Counted from the stretch's first letter, positions 50,056-64,000 are shown. The stretch: 64,000 nucleotides of DNA from Tubulanus polymorphus (GCF_964204645.1 NC_134026.1:17456150-17520149); one strand, 5' to 3'. Translations and numbers: made by a program. The notes: generated by a model not told the origin, from the sequence alone.

Positions 50056-50759
50056 AAAGCAAATGATACATTTACAAAGTGTAAATGCCATTAAGTCGCC
50101 ATTAAGTTAGTAATACAGTCAACCTCGGTTTATCCGTCCCTGTGCTAAGTTAAGTGCTTATTCCATATGAATAAATTTGTCGTTAATTATACGTTATTCC
50201 CTTAAAATTGTGTGTGTAATTCATGTAATTAGTACTCCATAATCCTTATTTTTACTTATTCTGTAGAGAAATATGTGGTCCCTATGTAAAACCTTGTGTG
50301 TAATGCTGATTAGCTTCATACATTCTTATTACATGTACATTATAAAATGGATTGAAATGTTTGAATTTCTTGCCTAAAATACCCCATTAACAGGGATATG
50401 GCAGGCAACCAAACCCTGGAAAGCGAGGATTGATATAATACCAGAATTAATGTACCCCATCTGCCACCCCACGTTTCGTCCTGATCCTAATTGAATCCTA
50501 CAGTTTAGATCATTGCTGTTTTTATATATTGTTTGTAAGGGTTTCTTATCAGCAGTTTACAGATACTATTAAATTGTAACCATTTTCATTTTGATACATA
50601 TGTCATTGCTGTTATTAGCCAACTTGGGGCATAGCTACAGCGGGCTATTCCATTCACTTTTCCACAGTCTATTCATTAGAATGGAGCATGCACAAATAGC
50701 TCAGCGTCAACAATCGTCGATCCAAGTCTCTGAACTGGATAGGGTTTGCAATACGAATA

Positions 50760-50906
50760 CAGTGGAACCTCATTATAGTGAACTCAGATACGATTCATCA
50801 GATATAATGAATATAGAATTTTGTCCCTAGTAATATATAACGAATGATCAGTTACAACGAACATCTTTCCTGGTCCCGTGAAGTTCGTTGTAACCAGGTT
50901 CCACTG
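50760..50906. mobile_element. Tc1/mariner-type MITE
   Basis: TA|CAGTGGAACCT...AGGTTCCACTG|TA. Confidence 0.8.
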
Positions 50907-51011
50907 TAGTTTGTAATTCAAACGTTCGCAAAGCAGCACCATCAATTTCTTCTTTGCATCCTCTGATCGAATACGTAACACATTCACAGTGAACTGTTCC
51001 ATCTATGAATG

Positions 51012-51623
51012 AGGCCACACCAAAAGAAAATCCTGTTACTCGAGCCCGACCGACCTGATATTTCGTCATTCCAAATAATTATTATCAGAATAAAACAAAA
51101 CTGCCTACCGACCCTTTTTCAAAGTTTTGGGTGCAATAACTTTTTCAAAATAGTGGCTGACCGACTACCAAACTCTCCATTCTCGTAAAAAAATTTTTTT
51201 AAAATCAAATCGTGATGTCAGCGCTGAGATCATCATCATAAGAATATTTTGTTACATCAGATTTAACAATTTGATTCTGGAAATAGTACAGCCATGCTCA
51301 GTCAGACAACTTCGCTTATCAGACATTGATGGCGACCTTGGATTGTGCAATTCCAGGAATTCCGTGAAATATGTTCAAAATAAAGTTTTTTTTATTTTAG
51401 TTATTGCACAAACACTTCACCTTCCTTTTATTACTGCGGTCTACTACTAGCTGCTGATCATTTCTAACTAAAAATTTGGTGCTGTAAAAAAGTATTTACA
51501 TCACCCATTTTCAGAAGTATGTCCGAAATTTTTTTTACTTTCTAAGAAAAAAAATTCCCTACCTACCTACCCATTTTTGGCAATTGCCCACCTGAGAAAC
51601 AAAATTTCTTTTTGGTGTGGCCT
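51012..51623. mobile_element. MITE (Harbinger-like termini)
   Basis: AGGCCACACCAAAAGAAA...TTTCTTTTTGGTGTGGCCT. Confidence 0.65.
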
Positions 51624-53487
51624 AGAAATAAAATCTTGCCTGCTTCGTGCAGAATTGCCAAATGCCCACTGACTTTGGTGGGCATAGAAGGGGGAGAAAC
51701 CAGGTATAATTTTTTTAGCCTTTACATGCAGAAAGAGAAGGGGCACACCAAATACGTATCAAATAAATCATTAGACTGTGATATACTGCAACTGATGGAG
51801 GTCAATTTCCAGAGACAAACAATATACATGGACAATAAAGCAAAGGTATTTTTTGCACTGCCTTTGGATAAGTTATCAGCGTTAGCTCTCTGGATAATTT
51901 GTATTTTCACTTACGGCTGTTGGCTTTCTTAGAGTTAGAAAATAAAAATGGTCCACCTAGTCACCTCAAAACAAACCGGAAAGCTAATTTATCAACTTTT
52001 TTTTTAAAGTTGATAAAAGAATTCGCCTGGCCTCGTCACGTTCAGAAAATTCCTGAAGAAAAACAAGAGTATTGCGCAGCCATAGAGATACCTTGTTTCT
52101 CAAGTTTCTGAAGTCCAAAATTGACACACTCACCACTGATTTAAATGACCAGGCCAGCTATGAGAAATAATGTATCTTTCTAATCCTAATGTGTCCAAAC
52201 AGCTCAAAAGAAATAACTCTGTTGTTCTTGTACTTACACGAAATTTGTTTTTATTATACAAATAGCAATCAATAGATCCGGTTTTACTGTTACTAGAGTT
52301 TTGTAAACACATCGCCTAGACATCCCCACAATAATCTCTCTTACCCTAGCTCCCTTATCCATGTTTGGCCATCAACATCGCTATTTGTCGAAAATTGCTT
52401 TGGAGTTATTTGGTATCACGTCAGTAATTCTCCGAAAATTAATTAATTAATAAGATGTCATTGCTCTATATGAAATAAATTCAGATAACAGCCATGTATA
52501 TTTTTGGCACAAAGAAGGCCACAAATCAGCCATCTTGGATGGTCTTACTTGATTGATTTCATCCACTGATAACTACATACCGGGTAATGCCCCCTTAAAT
52601 TCTCATGTGAAATGTTAATGCTCTACATGATAAACATTGACATTAGCAGGCAGAAAAGGATATTTTGGGATCGAAGATGCTTGCTGGTCATCCATCTTGA
52701 TGGCATTATGACCTAGGTTCATCAACTGATATGTATTCTTACGTTCTCATGTGAAATATCAACACTTAACATAAGACTAATTCAGTTATAGGCCAGCATA
52801 TACATTCTGGGAATAAATGTGGTTTATCTTCATGCACCTAATTTGAAAATTTATGGATTTTGTCTAAACTGGTTTTATGACAACGTTAACTTCAAGTGAT
52901 GCATACATCGTAAACCATATTGTCCCTTACATCTTCTAGGGGATACAATAATCATTCATCATGATCTACACATAATCCCATGCGTTTGTCATTCCAAGAT
53001 ATCACACACAGGTTGAACATTTTAGATATTTCAGAATAATGTAAAATTTAAAGGTAGCAAAACCGCCAAGTGAAGCTTCAGTCCCTGAGTGTTGCATTTT
53101 CATTTTCTGAAGACCCATCATTTTCAAATCAAGCAAATGAATACTATTAACTCTAGTCTAGTATCTTAAGCCGTTGATTCCGAAAGGGTAACCACTTCGA
53201 CCGGTATTCAGACTGAAAGTCCATATACATATCTTGTGTCCACTACAAAATCCCTGGACTTCAAAGAAATTTAGGTGTATGAGCCAAATTTCATTAGCTG
53301 AGCAATGAACAAGTTTCAAAATGTATCATAGTATTATTCTGGTAAACGGCGTATGGCTTAAAAATCATACTGCATTTCTTTCTTCTTGTTACACATTCCC
53401 ATCCAACTTGAGTACAAATCCCTAGCACAAGAACAACAGTAGATGGCAAAATTTGTGTATTTTGCCAAAAAAACATTATTTTTGAAC

Positions 53488-56400
53488 TCAGGTTGCTCCA
53501 TCCTGTTGATCTGCAGTTGGCTCCTCATCAGTTGGTGATTGAATAAACACTTGTTGGGCACCACTTAACTGCCCCATTGGCACCTGAATTGTTTGCATCT
53601 GCTAAAAATAAAAATTATGTACATGTTATTAGATTCAGGAACAGATTTGGAACACAATATGGTTGTTGGGCTTTCATTGACAGGAAATAACATGATCACA
53701 ATTAGTACCACTAAGACACTGAGGGTTGTTTACACAAAAATTAAAAGCACCATACTTCCAATTAAATTCTGGCATGAGTAAGAACAGAGAAATGGGTTAG
53801 AAGCACACTTGTGTGTGTTCACTAATGCATTATAAACAAAACTGACATTTCGGCCAAGGGGTATTTAAAGTATTTTTAAGGTATGGGAGCGTTCATAAAT
53901 TACGTACCTCCATTGGGGGAGGGGGGTTACTGAATTTTGGTACAAAGTGGTACATGGGGGAGGGGGGTCAGCAAAAAAGGTACGTACTTTGAGGGAGGGG
54001 GTATTAATGAATCTTGGTACGCACTTTATGTACCAAACTCAAATGAAAATAGCCGTTGGTGTTTTATCGGCTTTTAGTACCGGGTATATAAAATCAATAA
54101 ACAACAATACTTGCTTAATTCTTTTGTTGCGTCATTTATTTAATATCGGAATTTTGTTCTAAACAAAATGTCGAGGTACCACTTGTAGTAGATTTCAACT
54201 GGGATTTCCCCAATACCGGGTACCGGTATCGATCTTTCACGCACTTGTTGGTATATCATTAATGAAATCAGGTATTTATATTTTTTTTAATTTGTGTTCT
54301 TTGCATCAATATAATTGGGGGTGGGGGGTGGTCATGGGTGCGATGGTACGTACCTAAGAGGGGGTCACTGAATTTGGTACAAAGGTGGTACAAGGGGGAG
54401 GGGGGTCAGAAAAACGGGAGATTTGAGGTACGTAATTTGTGAACGCTCCCTATTTTAATTCTCGTAATGCCAGCTACAAATGCAGTTAGTGAAAGGCCAT
54501 TTAGTGCTTTGCGAAGAGTCAAGACGTATCTTACATAGGTCATCTATGTCACAATCCAGGAAGAAAGCCACTAAATATTTGGATGGATATATGAAAGCTG
54601 TGGGTACTGGAGTGTGTAATGGGTAGTGTAGTGTGATCTGTGTGCATTTTGGTGGCCAGCACACAGATCACATTGTTCATTGGGATTTAGTCCAGGACTC
54701 GCGAGATTTTCAACAACACGGAAGTAACGTGTCATAAATGATGACTTGAATTGCATGACTACCTACCACCCCTCATTATTGTTGGAAAATTAAACGTTCC
54801 GCACTGACTAAAAATTAGTAATAATAATCAATAACATTTTAGAAATGGCCAGAATTTTAACTTAGGTTCTATCTCATTTTTATTTTACAATTGCGATTGG
54901 TATAATTTTTTTTTAAACGGCCGTTAAGGCTTCATGTTTCGTCTGCAATTCACTGCAAATAGTAACGCAACTACGCACATTTCAGTGTTTTTGGCAGCTG
55001 TACACTCAATCGGCACCGTTCGTGACTAGCTTCACTGCGGAATTATCATTAATTAACATCGCCATATCACATCATCAACTTATATTGTGCCTTAAAACCC
55101 TAACAGCCGAAATAATTGAAATACACACACGATTTCTATCATTGAAAATTGAGAGAATGGCCGAGTTTGTGTTCTGCTGCTTCGCGTAAATCCCGCGGGG
55201 TGGCGCCACCGCGCGGAGTGGGGCCGATACGTCAAGACTTATTCATGTGATGATGATACATGTCCACAAAGACTATACTGACAAACTAAACATGATCGAT
55301 ATTGCTGATGAGTTCATGCACAAAATGAGCACTGTTATGGATTATTTGGTGAATTCGTGTAAATATTAATAAGTTTATAATATTAAAGTCATTAATCTTC
55401 AAACAAAGCATTGTTTAAAATCAGATCATGGATTTAACAGATTTTCATATAGGCCTAATACATTTACCACCGTAGGATGCTTGGTAAATAATATTTTGGT
55501 AAAAAAATTGGGTCCTGCTAAAGTACGAAATTATGAAATATGAAACGAAATTACGAAATATGGAGCGAAATTACGAAATGAAACGAAATTACGAAATACG
55601 AAACGAAATTACGAAATGGAAATTTTTTTGCCAGTAGTGCTAAAATACGAACCAAAATACGAAACGAAATGGTCACATTTCAAACACACGCCCATACTAT
55701 GGTCAAAGCTCGTTATAACGCTACGGGACTAAAAATCTCGGCGGTGCATGTAAATGATCTTTTGAAAGTACCATATTCAGGAATTTATTTTCTTAAACTG
55801 GAGGGGTTTAAGAACGTCTACAATTAGTAGAAACTTGTAGGATGTTCTCAAAAACAAATAATGAATACGCTGCGCGAATAACCCGTGAAAATACGATATA
55901 TACGATTCTCAAGTTCCAGCGTGGTTAGTCCCCGGCCCAGTCGTATCCCGAGCTGACCGTGCAGGTCCTATATATCATGCCCTACCACAAGAAAGTTACA
56001 TTGTAACAGTCTAAACACTTACACAGACAATATTGTAGCGTATTTTTGATTTATCTGTTGCTGGCATATCGGGCTACGACTTACGCGAGGTATTTTGAAT
56101 GAAATCAGAAGATTTGGAATTTATAATTGATACGACTTACGTGAATATACGACTTATAAAGTACGAGTTATAAGCATTATTTTATAAGGTTTAAAGAAGA
56201 AAAAAATCGGGACCAAAATAATTATACGAGAGATGTGATGATACGACTAATTCGATGACGACTTATGCGGGGTTGACTGTAGCAGAAAGGAAAGGCAAGC
56301 GCTTCACACGACACCGAGCTCGTAACCGCGATAGGATTATCCCGTTCTTGGACACGGGCCGACATATCTGAACCTGTCTAGTATCGACCATTTAGCTCAG

Positions 56401-57434
56401 AAAAAATTAATGTACAGGGTAGATTAGCGGCCGGTCGGGTCAACTTTTAAGCTCCTCAGCAGAGGAGAAACGAGGTATCAATTTTTTAGCCTAAACACTG
56501 CAGGATATATTTTAAGGCACACTTCATTTTCTAACCCGTAATTTATTAATCGCTACCTTCCAGTTGTATATGAGCATGCGCAGATCATTCTCCCTGATGG
56601 CATCGCTAAACTCAGTTGCGGCATGGAACCCTGCCACTCCTGCCACACTAGACCGGGTGCGCATGTTTAAGCCAGCTCCACGAATCCGCTGCTATTGCGC
56701 AAAAAATTACAAAATTTTCGTTTCATATTACATTTTATACTTTAGCAGGACCCGTGAAAAAATGACCATTTCGTTTTGTAGTTTAGCATTTCGTATAGTA
56801 TTTCGTTTCGTACTTTAGCATTTCGTAATTTCGTTACATATTTCGTTGCATGTTTCTTAATTTCGTAGTTTCGTACTTTAGAAGTACCCAAAAAAATTAT
56901 TTTTTATGTATTGTAGATGAGCTGAATTGCTGGGAAAACGCATATAAGAACAAAAAAAAAAACCAAAATTTTGTTCTTGATAAGGATGTTTTTAGATATT
57001 TTTTTTTAAAATCATAATTTTCCCGAGTAAAATTTGTATTTGTGGGATACTTACGTGGGGCACATTTTAGAAGTTACCTTAGTTTGGGAACTATACCGCT
57101 AAACATTTTTTGGACTACCCACTACCGTACGGTGGTGCCGCCACCAGCCACGTCACTCAATTTCTTCCGAAACTCAGCGTTAAGAGCCGAGCGGGGAAGG
57201 TGGGCATGAATATCCTATGCCCCACGTAAGTATCCCTCAGAAATACAAATTTTACTCCGGAAAATTATGATATTTCCTTCAGGATACATTATGTAGGGCA
57301 CATTTTTTAGAAGGATTAGCCAAGCACCAGGCGGTGGGTAAGTCTCCCAAAAAAATGTGTAAAGGCAAAAGCCTAAAAGCACGTTCAGCAAACATAAAAA
57401 CTCACCTAGCAAATAGCACGAGGACAAAAAAACC

Positions 57435-57471
<37 letters not shown>

Positions 57472-60400
57472 TCGAAAAAACTCTTCACTAGAAGCGCCCG
57501 AAAACCACCCACGAAGCAGCCATAGAAAACACTTAATGACTAGACCAACCACGTGAGTAGGATCGGACCTATCGACAAAAAAAGACCACTCGAATGAGAT
57601 CAGACAACCAAAGAGTGATGCTGTCGATGAACGCAATAGAGCCACGTGCACCCACGTGAGCACGTTCAACAAACATAAAAATTCACCCAGCATATAGCAC
57701 GAGGAAAAAAAAACCTATATATATATATATATATATATCCTCGAAAAAACTCTTCAATAGAAGCGCCTGAAAACCACCCACGAAGCAGCCATAGAAAACA
57801 AATGACGTGAGTAGGATCGGACCTATCGACAAAAAAAGACCACTCGAATGAGATCAGACAACCAAAGAGTGATGCTGTCGATGAACGCAATTAATAACTT
57901 AACCCCCGGGCCAGAAAACTAGCCTGCCCTATGGTTCAGCGCCTCTACCTTCACTCTCAACCAGTCCCGACTGTCGATTTCCGGCGATTAAGTTGAGGTA
58001 GGGCGAGGAGTAATAAAAGAAATGGGACTGAAACGATCAGACCAGGCCGGTAAGTCAAAGCATGGATTTCCAACCTCCTAAGCTAGCATAGAAGAGAAGC
58101 TAAACTGCTTAATGAGACTCTTGAAGAGGGGCGATACGGATGGGCCACGAGATACTTAAGCACCACCATGACAAGTCCCATTCAGGGACTTCCCGAGGCA
58201 CCTTCAGTCGAGCAAACGAAAAAGCACTATCGGTTGGAGAATATGGTGCTTGGATAACAGGTCCAGAGTACCTGTTGCCCTAAAAGCATAGGCGATTGCT
58301 GCTGGTAACCGTTAAGGTTACGAGCCATCTATAAAGTACAGGGCTGCCAACCCTCCCGAATTATTCGCAATCCTCCCGATTTGCGTGAAGAAATTCCGAC
58401 GATACGATTGGGTATACAAAATTCCGATTTTTTTTCCCTTTTTCGGCGATGTCAGATTTTCCACCCGCCAGCGCGTTGTAACACAATGTGATGACTTGGT
58501 AGAACAGAATTGAATAGGTGGCGAATTTATATGCACGCGCGCGGTGGATGAGTGCGTCGCTATATATACTGTGTACGTGGGTCAGGCGATAAACAGCGCT
58601 TACTAGCGCGCGCACGTGTGTGTGTGTGTGTATGAGAGTAGCTGTGTTATTGATTTACGATTATTTCGTAGTAGGAGAGCAGCTTCTTAATTTGTTACAA
58701 GAATCAAAATAAAGTTCAATCGTTTTAAAATATGTTGTTTTAAATCATTCTTGTGAAAATATCATGACATGTGGCAAAATGTGATTGTTATTGTCAAATT
58801 GCTCCGCATCGTTTCGGAGAAGAATCGGTTTACTGCGGTAATTAGCTCGTTTTCGCAGCGCAATGAGCATTCGGGTTAGATTTCAACGTGTGGAGTAGTT
58901 ATTTGTGGTTGAAATGTTTCGGTAAGCAATTAATGCTTTGTTAGTTGGAACCTTAATGTTGTCACTCTTGTATTAGTTTGATTAAGTCTTAGTAAGATAA
59001 TTTAAGATGCTTTTGAGCAGTGCATCTCAAAGAAAGTAAACTTTTAGTTCGCATATTTGGCAGATGGCAGCACCATCGAGTTGCATGTAGATTTAGAGAC
59101 TTTTTACTGTTTGTATCTTTCAGTTCTGTACGTCTCTCCGGGACAGTATCGTGGAAATGATGCTGGAAATTGATATATTCGCATGACAACTGTATAGTGT
59201 TATGTAATTCGTTTGACAATTTATGTTTCTTATGTTCTTATGCCAGTTTATGTTCTTATTTTTTAGTCTATTGTATATTTTTGATAAACACTTGATTTTT
59301 ATCTTTCATAAAATAATAAAGAAAAAATACATTCTGTAGAATTTGCTGATTTTTTATTTTGCTAATAGATAATTCCATATTTTCATATCCAGCTTTCATA
59401 TATTACACGTGAAAGGCATTCCTAATTGAAAGCAACATATTCCTACTTGGAAAAGTCACAATTTCTTCGGTTTCGATATATTCCTATTGAAACCTTCAAT
59501 ATTCCTAATTAATCTGCCATTCATCCCTAAATGGAATTTTGAAAGGTTGGCAGCCCTGAAACTATGTACCCTGAATGTATGGTCTAGCTAGGACCAGAGC
59601 CAGATCGTACGTAAAGCGCACAACAGGTGGCAGAGAGCTATCAATCTGCATGCCCTGAGTGGACAAATTATGTCGTATATACGCATTACTCCAATCCTGG
59701 AAGAATGATAACAGTTCTGAATCAAATCACTGTGAGACTGAACTGACTCTCTTACATCTTATCACCAATGAAAACCGTTGGTAAGATGTGAGTTAAAGTA
59801 ATGGAGTTAAAGACAATATCATAAAACTGCAGTGATTCACATTTATATGATATCTTTAGTATATACTCAAATAAATCCATAACTTTCCACCTACGAAAGG
59901 TAAGAGTGACGCTAAACCTCAAGGGAAGAGGAAAAGAATTCAGTGAGCGAGGTGCCAGTGAGGGTGCACCGATTGTTCACTCGTTGACCACCCGAACCGG
60001 CTTAGAGCTTCCACGTGAAAACTTAAATCCTGCCTGTGCTAGGGCACTGGATTTAGTGATGAAGGGGAAAACCCCAGACTGAAAACCCTGCACTCATAGG
60101 AGACGCTCATCCACGGTCAACTCAATAGTCGGTTGAGCAATATAAGTGCCAGGTGCCTAAAGAAAACCCCTCTGTGACAGAAGGGAGGGAATGAAGATAC
60201 ACGCCGGAACAGATGCCCAGAAGGCTGAAAAACCGACCCAATCATGCCTGAGCTGGCCCCTAAGGTGTAATCAAAACTATCCAGCAGGACAACGCCGGCT
60301 CTAGCTGGCCGAGGACTGCTGTCATTACTTGGCTGGGGTAACATATACGCTAGGATTCCATCTCAGCGGAACGAAAGCGTCTTATCTTCCACGCCATCAG

Positions 60401-62443
60401 GTCGGAACGGGCACACAGACAGGGGAAAACCCTCGGATTGACACCTCCGTGGAAAAGAAAATTAATTCATTAGGGATGGCCAAGGCCTGACGGGCTGAAG
60501 AGCGGCCCTGATATCCTTCATGCCTGCTAGTTTAACTACAGAGATATGAATTCCTTCGAACTTGCACCAGGCGAGAATATCTGCTGTCTGATCAGAGAGA
60601 ATAACTGACCGAGTGCCTCCTTGATTCCGAAGACAGGACCAGACTGGCTATTGGTGGCTAACCATACATGTCTGTCTATCTGACTCCTGAGAGGAACATC
60701 CACCCATCTTGATCCAAGACCGATCCAGTATGAGGCGGACCTCTCCAGGGACTGGATTGCAATCCATGAATGCTGGAACACACGGCAAGTCAGACATTCC
60801 CTATGTAGGAGGGACTGAAAATCCAGTTCTCTAATGAGTGTCATATCCTGGACATTACCAATCTAAAAGTAATGTTTTGGGAAAGCCCAGGAAAAGGCTC
60901 CCTGCCCTAGGCAACTTGATGCACTACACGGTAGAAAACCTGACAATCAGTTTAACAAATGCGTCGACCAAGCTAAGCATTCGGGCGAGAAAACGTAAGC
61001 AGTCTTGAACCCAGAACCAGGCGGGGTTAAACGAACTCTGTTGGATGCTCCCGGCCCCACAAGAGTTAGTTGATACGAGGCCACTGGGCTGACATTTTAA
61101 GTGGCAGCTCCAAAAAACCGCACCAAAATGGCGGCGCTAAGGAAGAAATTGAGTGACGTGGCTCGTGACAGCGCCACCGTAGGGTAGTGGGTATTCCAAA
61201 AAATGTTTAGCAGTATAGTTCCCAAACTAAGGTAACTTCTAAAATGTGCCCCACGTAATACATCCTGAAGGAAATATTCATCACATCAATATACATCGTT
61301 CTGAGCAGATAGTAGGTATATAGTAGGTATTTGCATTGTAGTAGGTGACCTGACTTAAACCCTGCTTTACCGCTATTTACCGCCAAAATCAGGAATCCCC
61401 AAGGGTGGCATTAAATCAAGGTATGACTGTACTGTGATTCAACTACTACTAAAATTTCTGAGTGAGATATGGCTTAATCGAGTCACAAGACAGGTACAAA
61501 GATGCCCATTCATACCAAGTGACGTAGGCAGCCACATATCAATTCACTTGGTAAAATGAATTTATCTGTACATAGTTTTGATAATTGTTTATTTGCAAAT
61601 CCTTTTTAAATTATGGTGATAAATACTAGAATACAAAGTTACTGGAACTATTTTTGCATCGTATTTGATCTCATTCATCGGATCTTTCGTTAACTCAATG
61701 ATGGTAAAAACAGTGTCCTTTGGTTCACAGCAACATACATGTAATGATGTGGATAGTTCTAAAAATGACAATATGACCACTTCAGAATAGGGAGAACTAA
61801 TTCAAAACCAAAAACTTTAATTTCATTGTTTTGAAAAATTGAATTTGTATTTTAATACACGCAAACTTGCTTAATGCAGATTGGCTTTATCCAGATTTTG
61901 GTCTAATCCGGCAATATTTACAGTTCATTGATTTACAAGAAAATGGCTGTTAATCTGGATTTCCTGTCAACCGGATGCATTTTGTGGGTCCCAAATGATC
62001 CAAATTAAATGAATTCTACTGTATTGGACTATGCTACTATTTGCATTGTGAATTGTTTGTTCTCCCTGCTTGTTCTTAATTACTTCACACGTGGTCACGT
62101 TACTGTTTTCAAGTGACACTGTAGACAATCTAGCAAACGATGCAGTGATATTTCACAACCTTCACATAAATAACATACGTTGTGGCAATATGTCAGGGTA
62201 TGATAACGTCATCATACTAAACTGTGTCGTTAAACAATGAATTATGATAGAACTCTTTTTCGGATAAAAAAACTTTTTCTCAGAATTAGATTGATAAAGT
62301 AGCCATACCTGAGTAAATGTTTGATCGGTAGTTTGTTGGATTTGTCCTTGTTGCGCAGCTGTTTGTATCACTATTGGCTGATTAGTACCTCTACCCTGCA
62401 TCTGTAGTTGAATTGATTGCAACTGACTGGCATTTAACTGAAT
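53488..62443 (-). CDS. NFYC: Nuclear transcription factor Y subunit gamma, last two coding exons (62443-62309 and 53601/53598-53488); the rest lies beyond the window
   Basis: IQLNASQLQSIQLQMQG...QQGQIQQTTDQTFTQ|QMQTIQVPMGQLSGAQQVFIQSPTDEE...* resembles the NF-YC C-terminus (VQLNAGQLQ..., PMFIQS); GT-AG, phase 0. Confidence 0.72.
53885..54450. mobile_element. PIF/Harbinger-like MITE
   Basis: GGGAGCGTTCATAAATTACGTACCTC...GAGGTACGTAATTTGTGAACGCTCCC; 3-bp TSD TAT. Confidence 0.82.
54455..55360 (+). pseudogene. hAT transposase C-terminal dimerization-domain remnant, split by a ~670-bp insert
   Basis: LVMPATNAVSERPFSALRRVKTYL..SSMSQSR (54460-54560) continues as LIHVMMIHVHKDYTDKLNMIDIADEF (~55238-55320). 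Confidence 0.75.
55510..56889. mobile_element. Mutator-like (MULE) non-autonomous element
   Basis: 9-bp TSD AAAAAAATT; TIR GGGTCCTGCTAAAGTACGAAA / TTTCGTACTTTAGAAGTACCC; ACGAAAT subrepeats; an extra internal right end at 56753. Confidence 0.78.
57379..57891. repeat. ~250-bp direct duplication with (TA)n microsatellites inside the DIRS 3' region
   Basis: Two copies from AGCACGTTCA..AAACATAAAA to GCTGTCGATGAACGCAAT. Confidence 0.85.
58339..59558. mobile_element. hAT-like non-autonomous element nested in the DIRS
   Basis: TIR CAGGGCTGCCAACC / GGTTGGCAGCCCTG; no matching 8-bp TSD. Confidence 0.6.
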
Positions 62444-64000
62444 CTACAAAACAGACATATTCATTTTTCAATGTGACACATTGTACACCAACAATTGATG
62501 ATGTATGGCAGTTAAGATTAGAAATTTCCAAATGCCGTGGACAAGAGTCCCCAGAGAAGATCCAAAATCAAAGCCTCTTTAACCAATTTCTGACATTTCG
62601 AATTGACTTTACGAAAATCAGAGATTTGGGTCACTTTGATTTCAATTTCACTCAGAGAGCTAGTTTTTCAATTTCTAACCTATACGTAGCCAATGAAACT
62701 GTATCAGCGGTGTTCTCTCTGTGAGTGAAACTTCAATGAATGAATGAAGTTTATGTGACAGGCACTACTCTGGTGTAATTTTAATTACGGCATAGACCAT
62801 ATGATAACATTAGAATGCACTTAAAATGGGTCCAAAAATCCTCAAAACATCCCTTTAGGGCTCCACGCCTAAGGTGTTCGTCTTGGCATAGATACAGACT
62901 GTTACAATTTTTTTTACCAATAATGACTAACGGACATCTTTTAACCATCATGGAAACCCTGGTACATTTCACTTTTAAGCGCAAAAATCTATTTTTTCTT
63001 GGATTTGCAATAAACGTACAAACAGCTGATAAAGATGAAATAATGGTGCACTGTATAGTAAGCATGTTCAACTTATATATACATGGTAATGGGTTTTCCC
63101 TATGAGTCACTAGTATATGGCAGAACAATCAATAGTATGTTCTTGCTAATGATGTCACTAGGAAAGCCTATCTAAAGGGTTTTCCAAGCGACGTCATCAT
63201 TAACAAACAAGGTCAAGCAGCAAATTGTAGAATGGGGAACAATTCATTGAAGGTTTGCTAATTTTCTCCTTTCTGGGGCCTACCACAAGTAGGAGCAGGC
63301 TTTTAAACAGGCAGCTACAATAAACACAGCTTTTTGTGGATTTTCATGGGCTTGCTGCTATCACACGGATTGATAACTTGCTTGGGGAGTCGATAACTTT
63401 CGTTAGAAACTTTCTTGGGCTCTGATATTTACACACATTTAATGCAGTAATAAAATCTAGGTTCCGTCCGTATATTGGCTATATCAGATTTGTCGTTTTC
63501 TTTGTTTTATGATTTTATTTTATCGGTTTTATTATTTTAGCCTTGGTTAAGCGTGCATGATCAGTCTTGAAATTGGTATTTATACGCTGCATAGTGCTGA
63601 TGCCAATTCAATTCATTCTTTATTGACACAATTAAAAATTCACGATAAAACACTTTCTTTCTTACGTTTTTAAAAATTCTTTTAATTTTCCTTTACTTTC
63701 ATAGGGTGCTTGCATTAATGGCCATTTTTAAAAAAAATCTTTGTATGAACATTTATACGTTTTCAGTTTATTAAAGTAAAACCGCCTTTCTGTTAGATAA
63801 ATTCTGAATTCAATTGAATTGGCCGGTTTGACTGGTTCATGTCTCTTCAGAGAGCGATAGTTTGTGGTGGCATTTAACTTCATCCATAGAACTATAGTTC
63901 TATGCTTTATCGGATGATCGTAGTGGATTGTCATTTGAAGGAAATGTAACTTATTCTTGCTTTATGTCTATATTATTTAATAAGAAAAATCGTGGCTCTT

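Larger units (their letters stand above)
57011..61277 (-). mobile_element. DIRS1-type tyrosine-recombinase retrotransposon, degenerate
   Basis: Inverted terminal repeats 57051-57168 / 61141-61258; internal complementary region ~57218-57312 joining the complements of both ends; decayed GC-rich coding remnants; no TSD. Confidence 0.8.

Overview
Intron-rich, TE-dense eukaryotic DNA from a marine invertebrate-like animal (lophotrochozoan-like gene content; the species cannot be determined). Host genes I could reconstruct by reading splice sites: a 4-exon RDH11/12/13-like SDR (-), two tandem secreted astacin metalloproteases with EGF-like and ShKT domains (-), an intronless rhodopsin-type GPCR with a damaged TM7 (+), an intronless divergent FoxQ2-like gene (-), an ankyrin/SOCS-box (ASB) gene (+), and the last two exons of NF-YC (-). 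Mobile DNA: a deleted Polinton/adintovirus-like element with a 6-bp TSD, a near-full-length Gypsy LTR element, several IS3EU-like foldbacks, a Penelope-like palindrome carrying hammerhead ribozymes and interrupted by an RTEX-like LINE, a DIRS element with ITRs and an ICR, a MULE, hAT remnants and many MITEs. Two things stand out. First, each Polinton end is a ~145-nt terminal hairpin and the TIRs carry a gene. Second, removing the Polinton rebuilds an unannotated secreted, helical protein ORF whose C-terminal helix resembles the IL-6-family D helix. All calls come from reading the sequence and recalling family motifs; no database searches were run.
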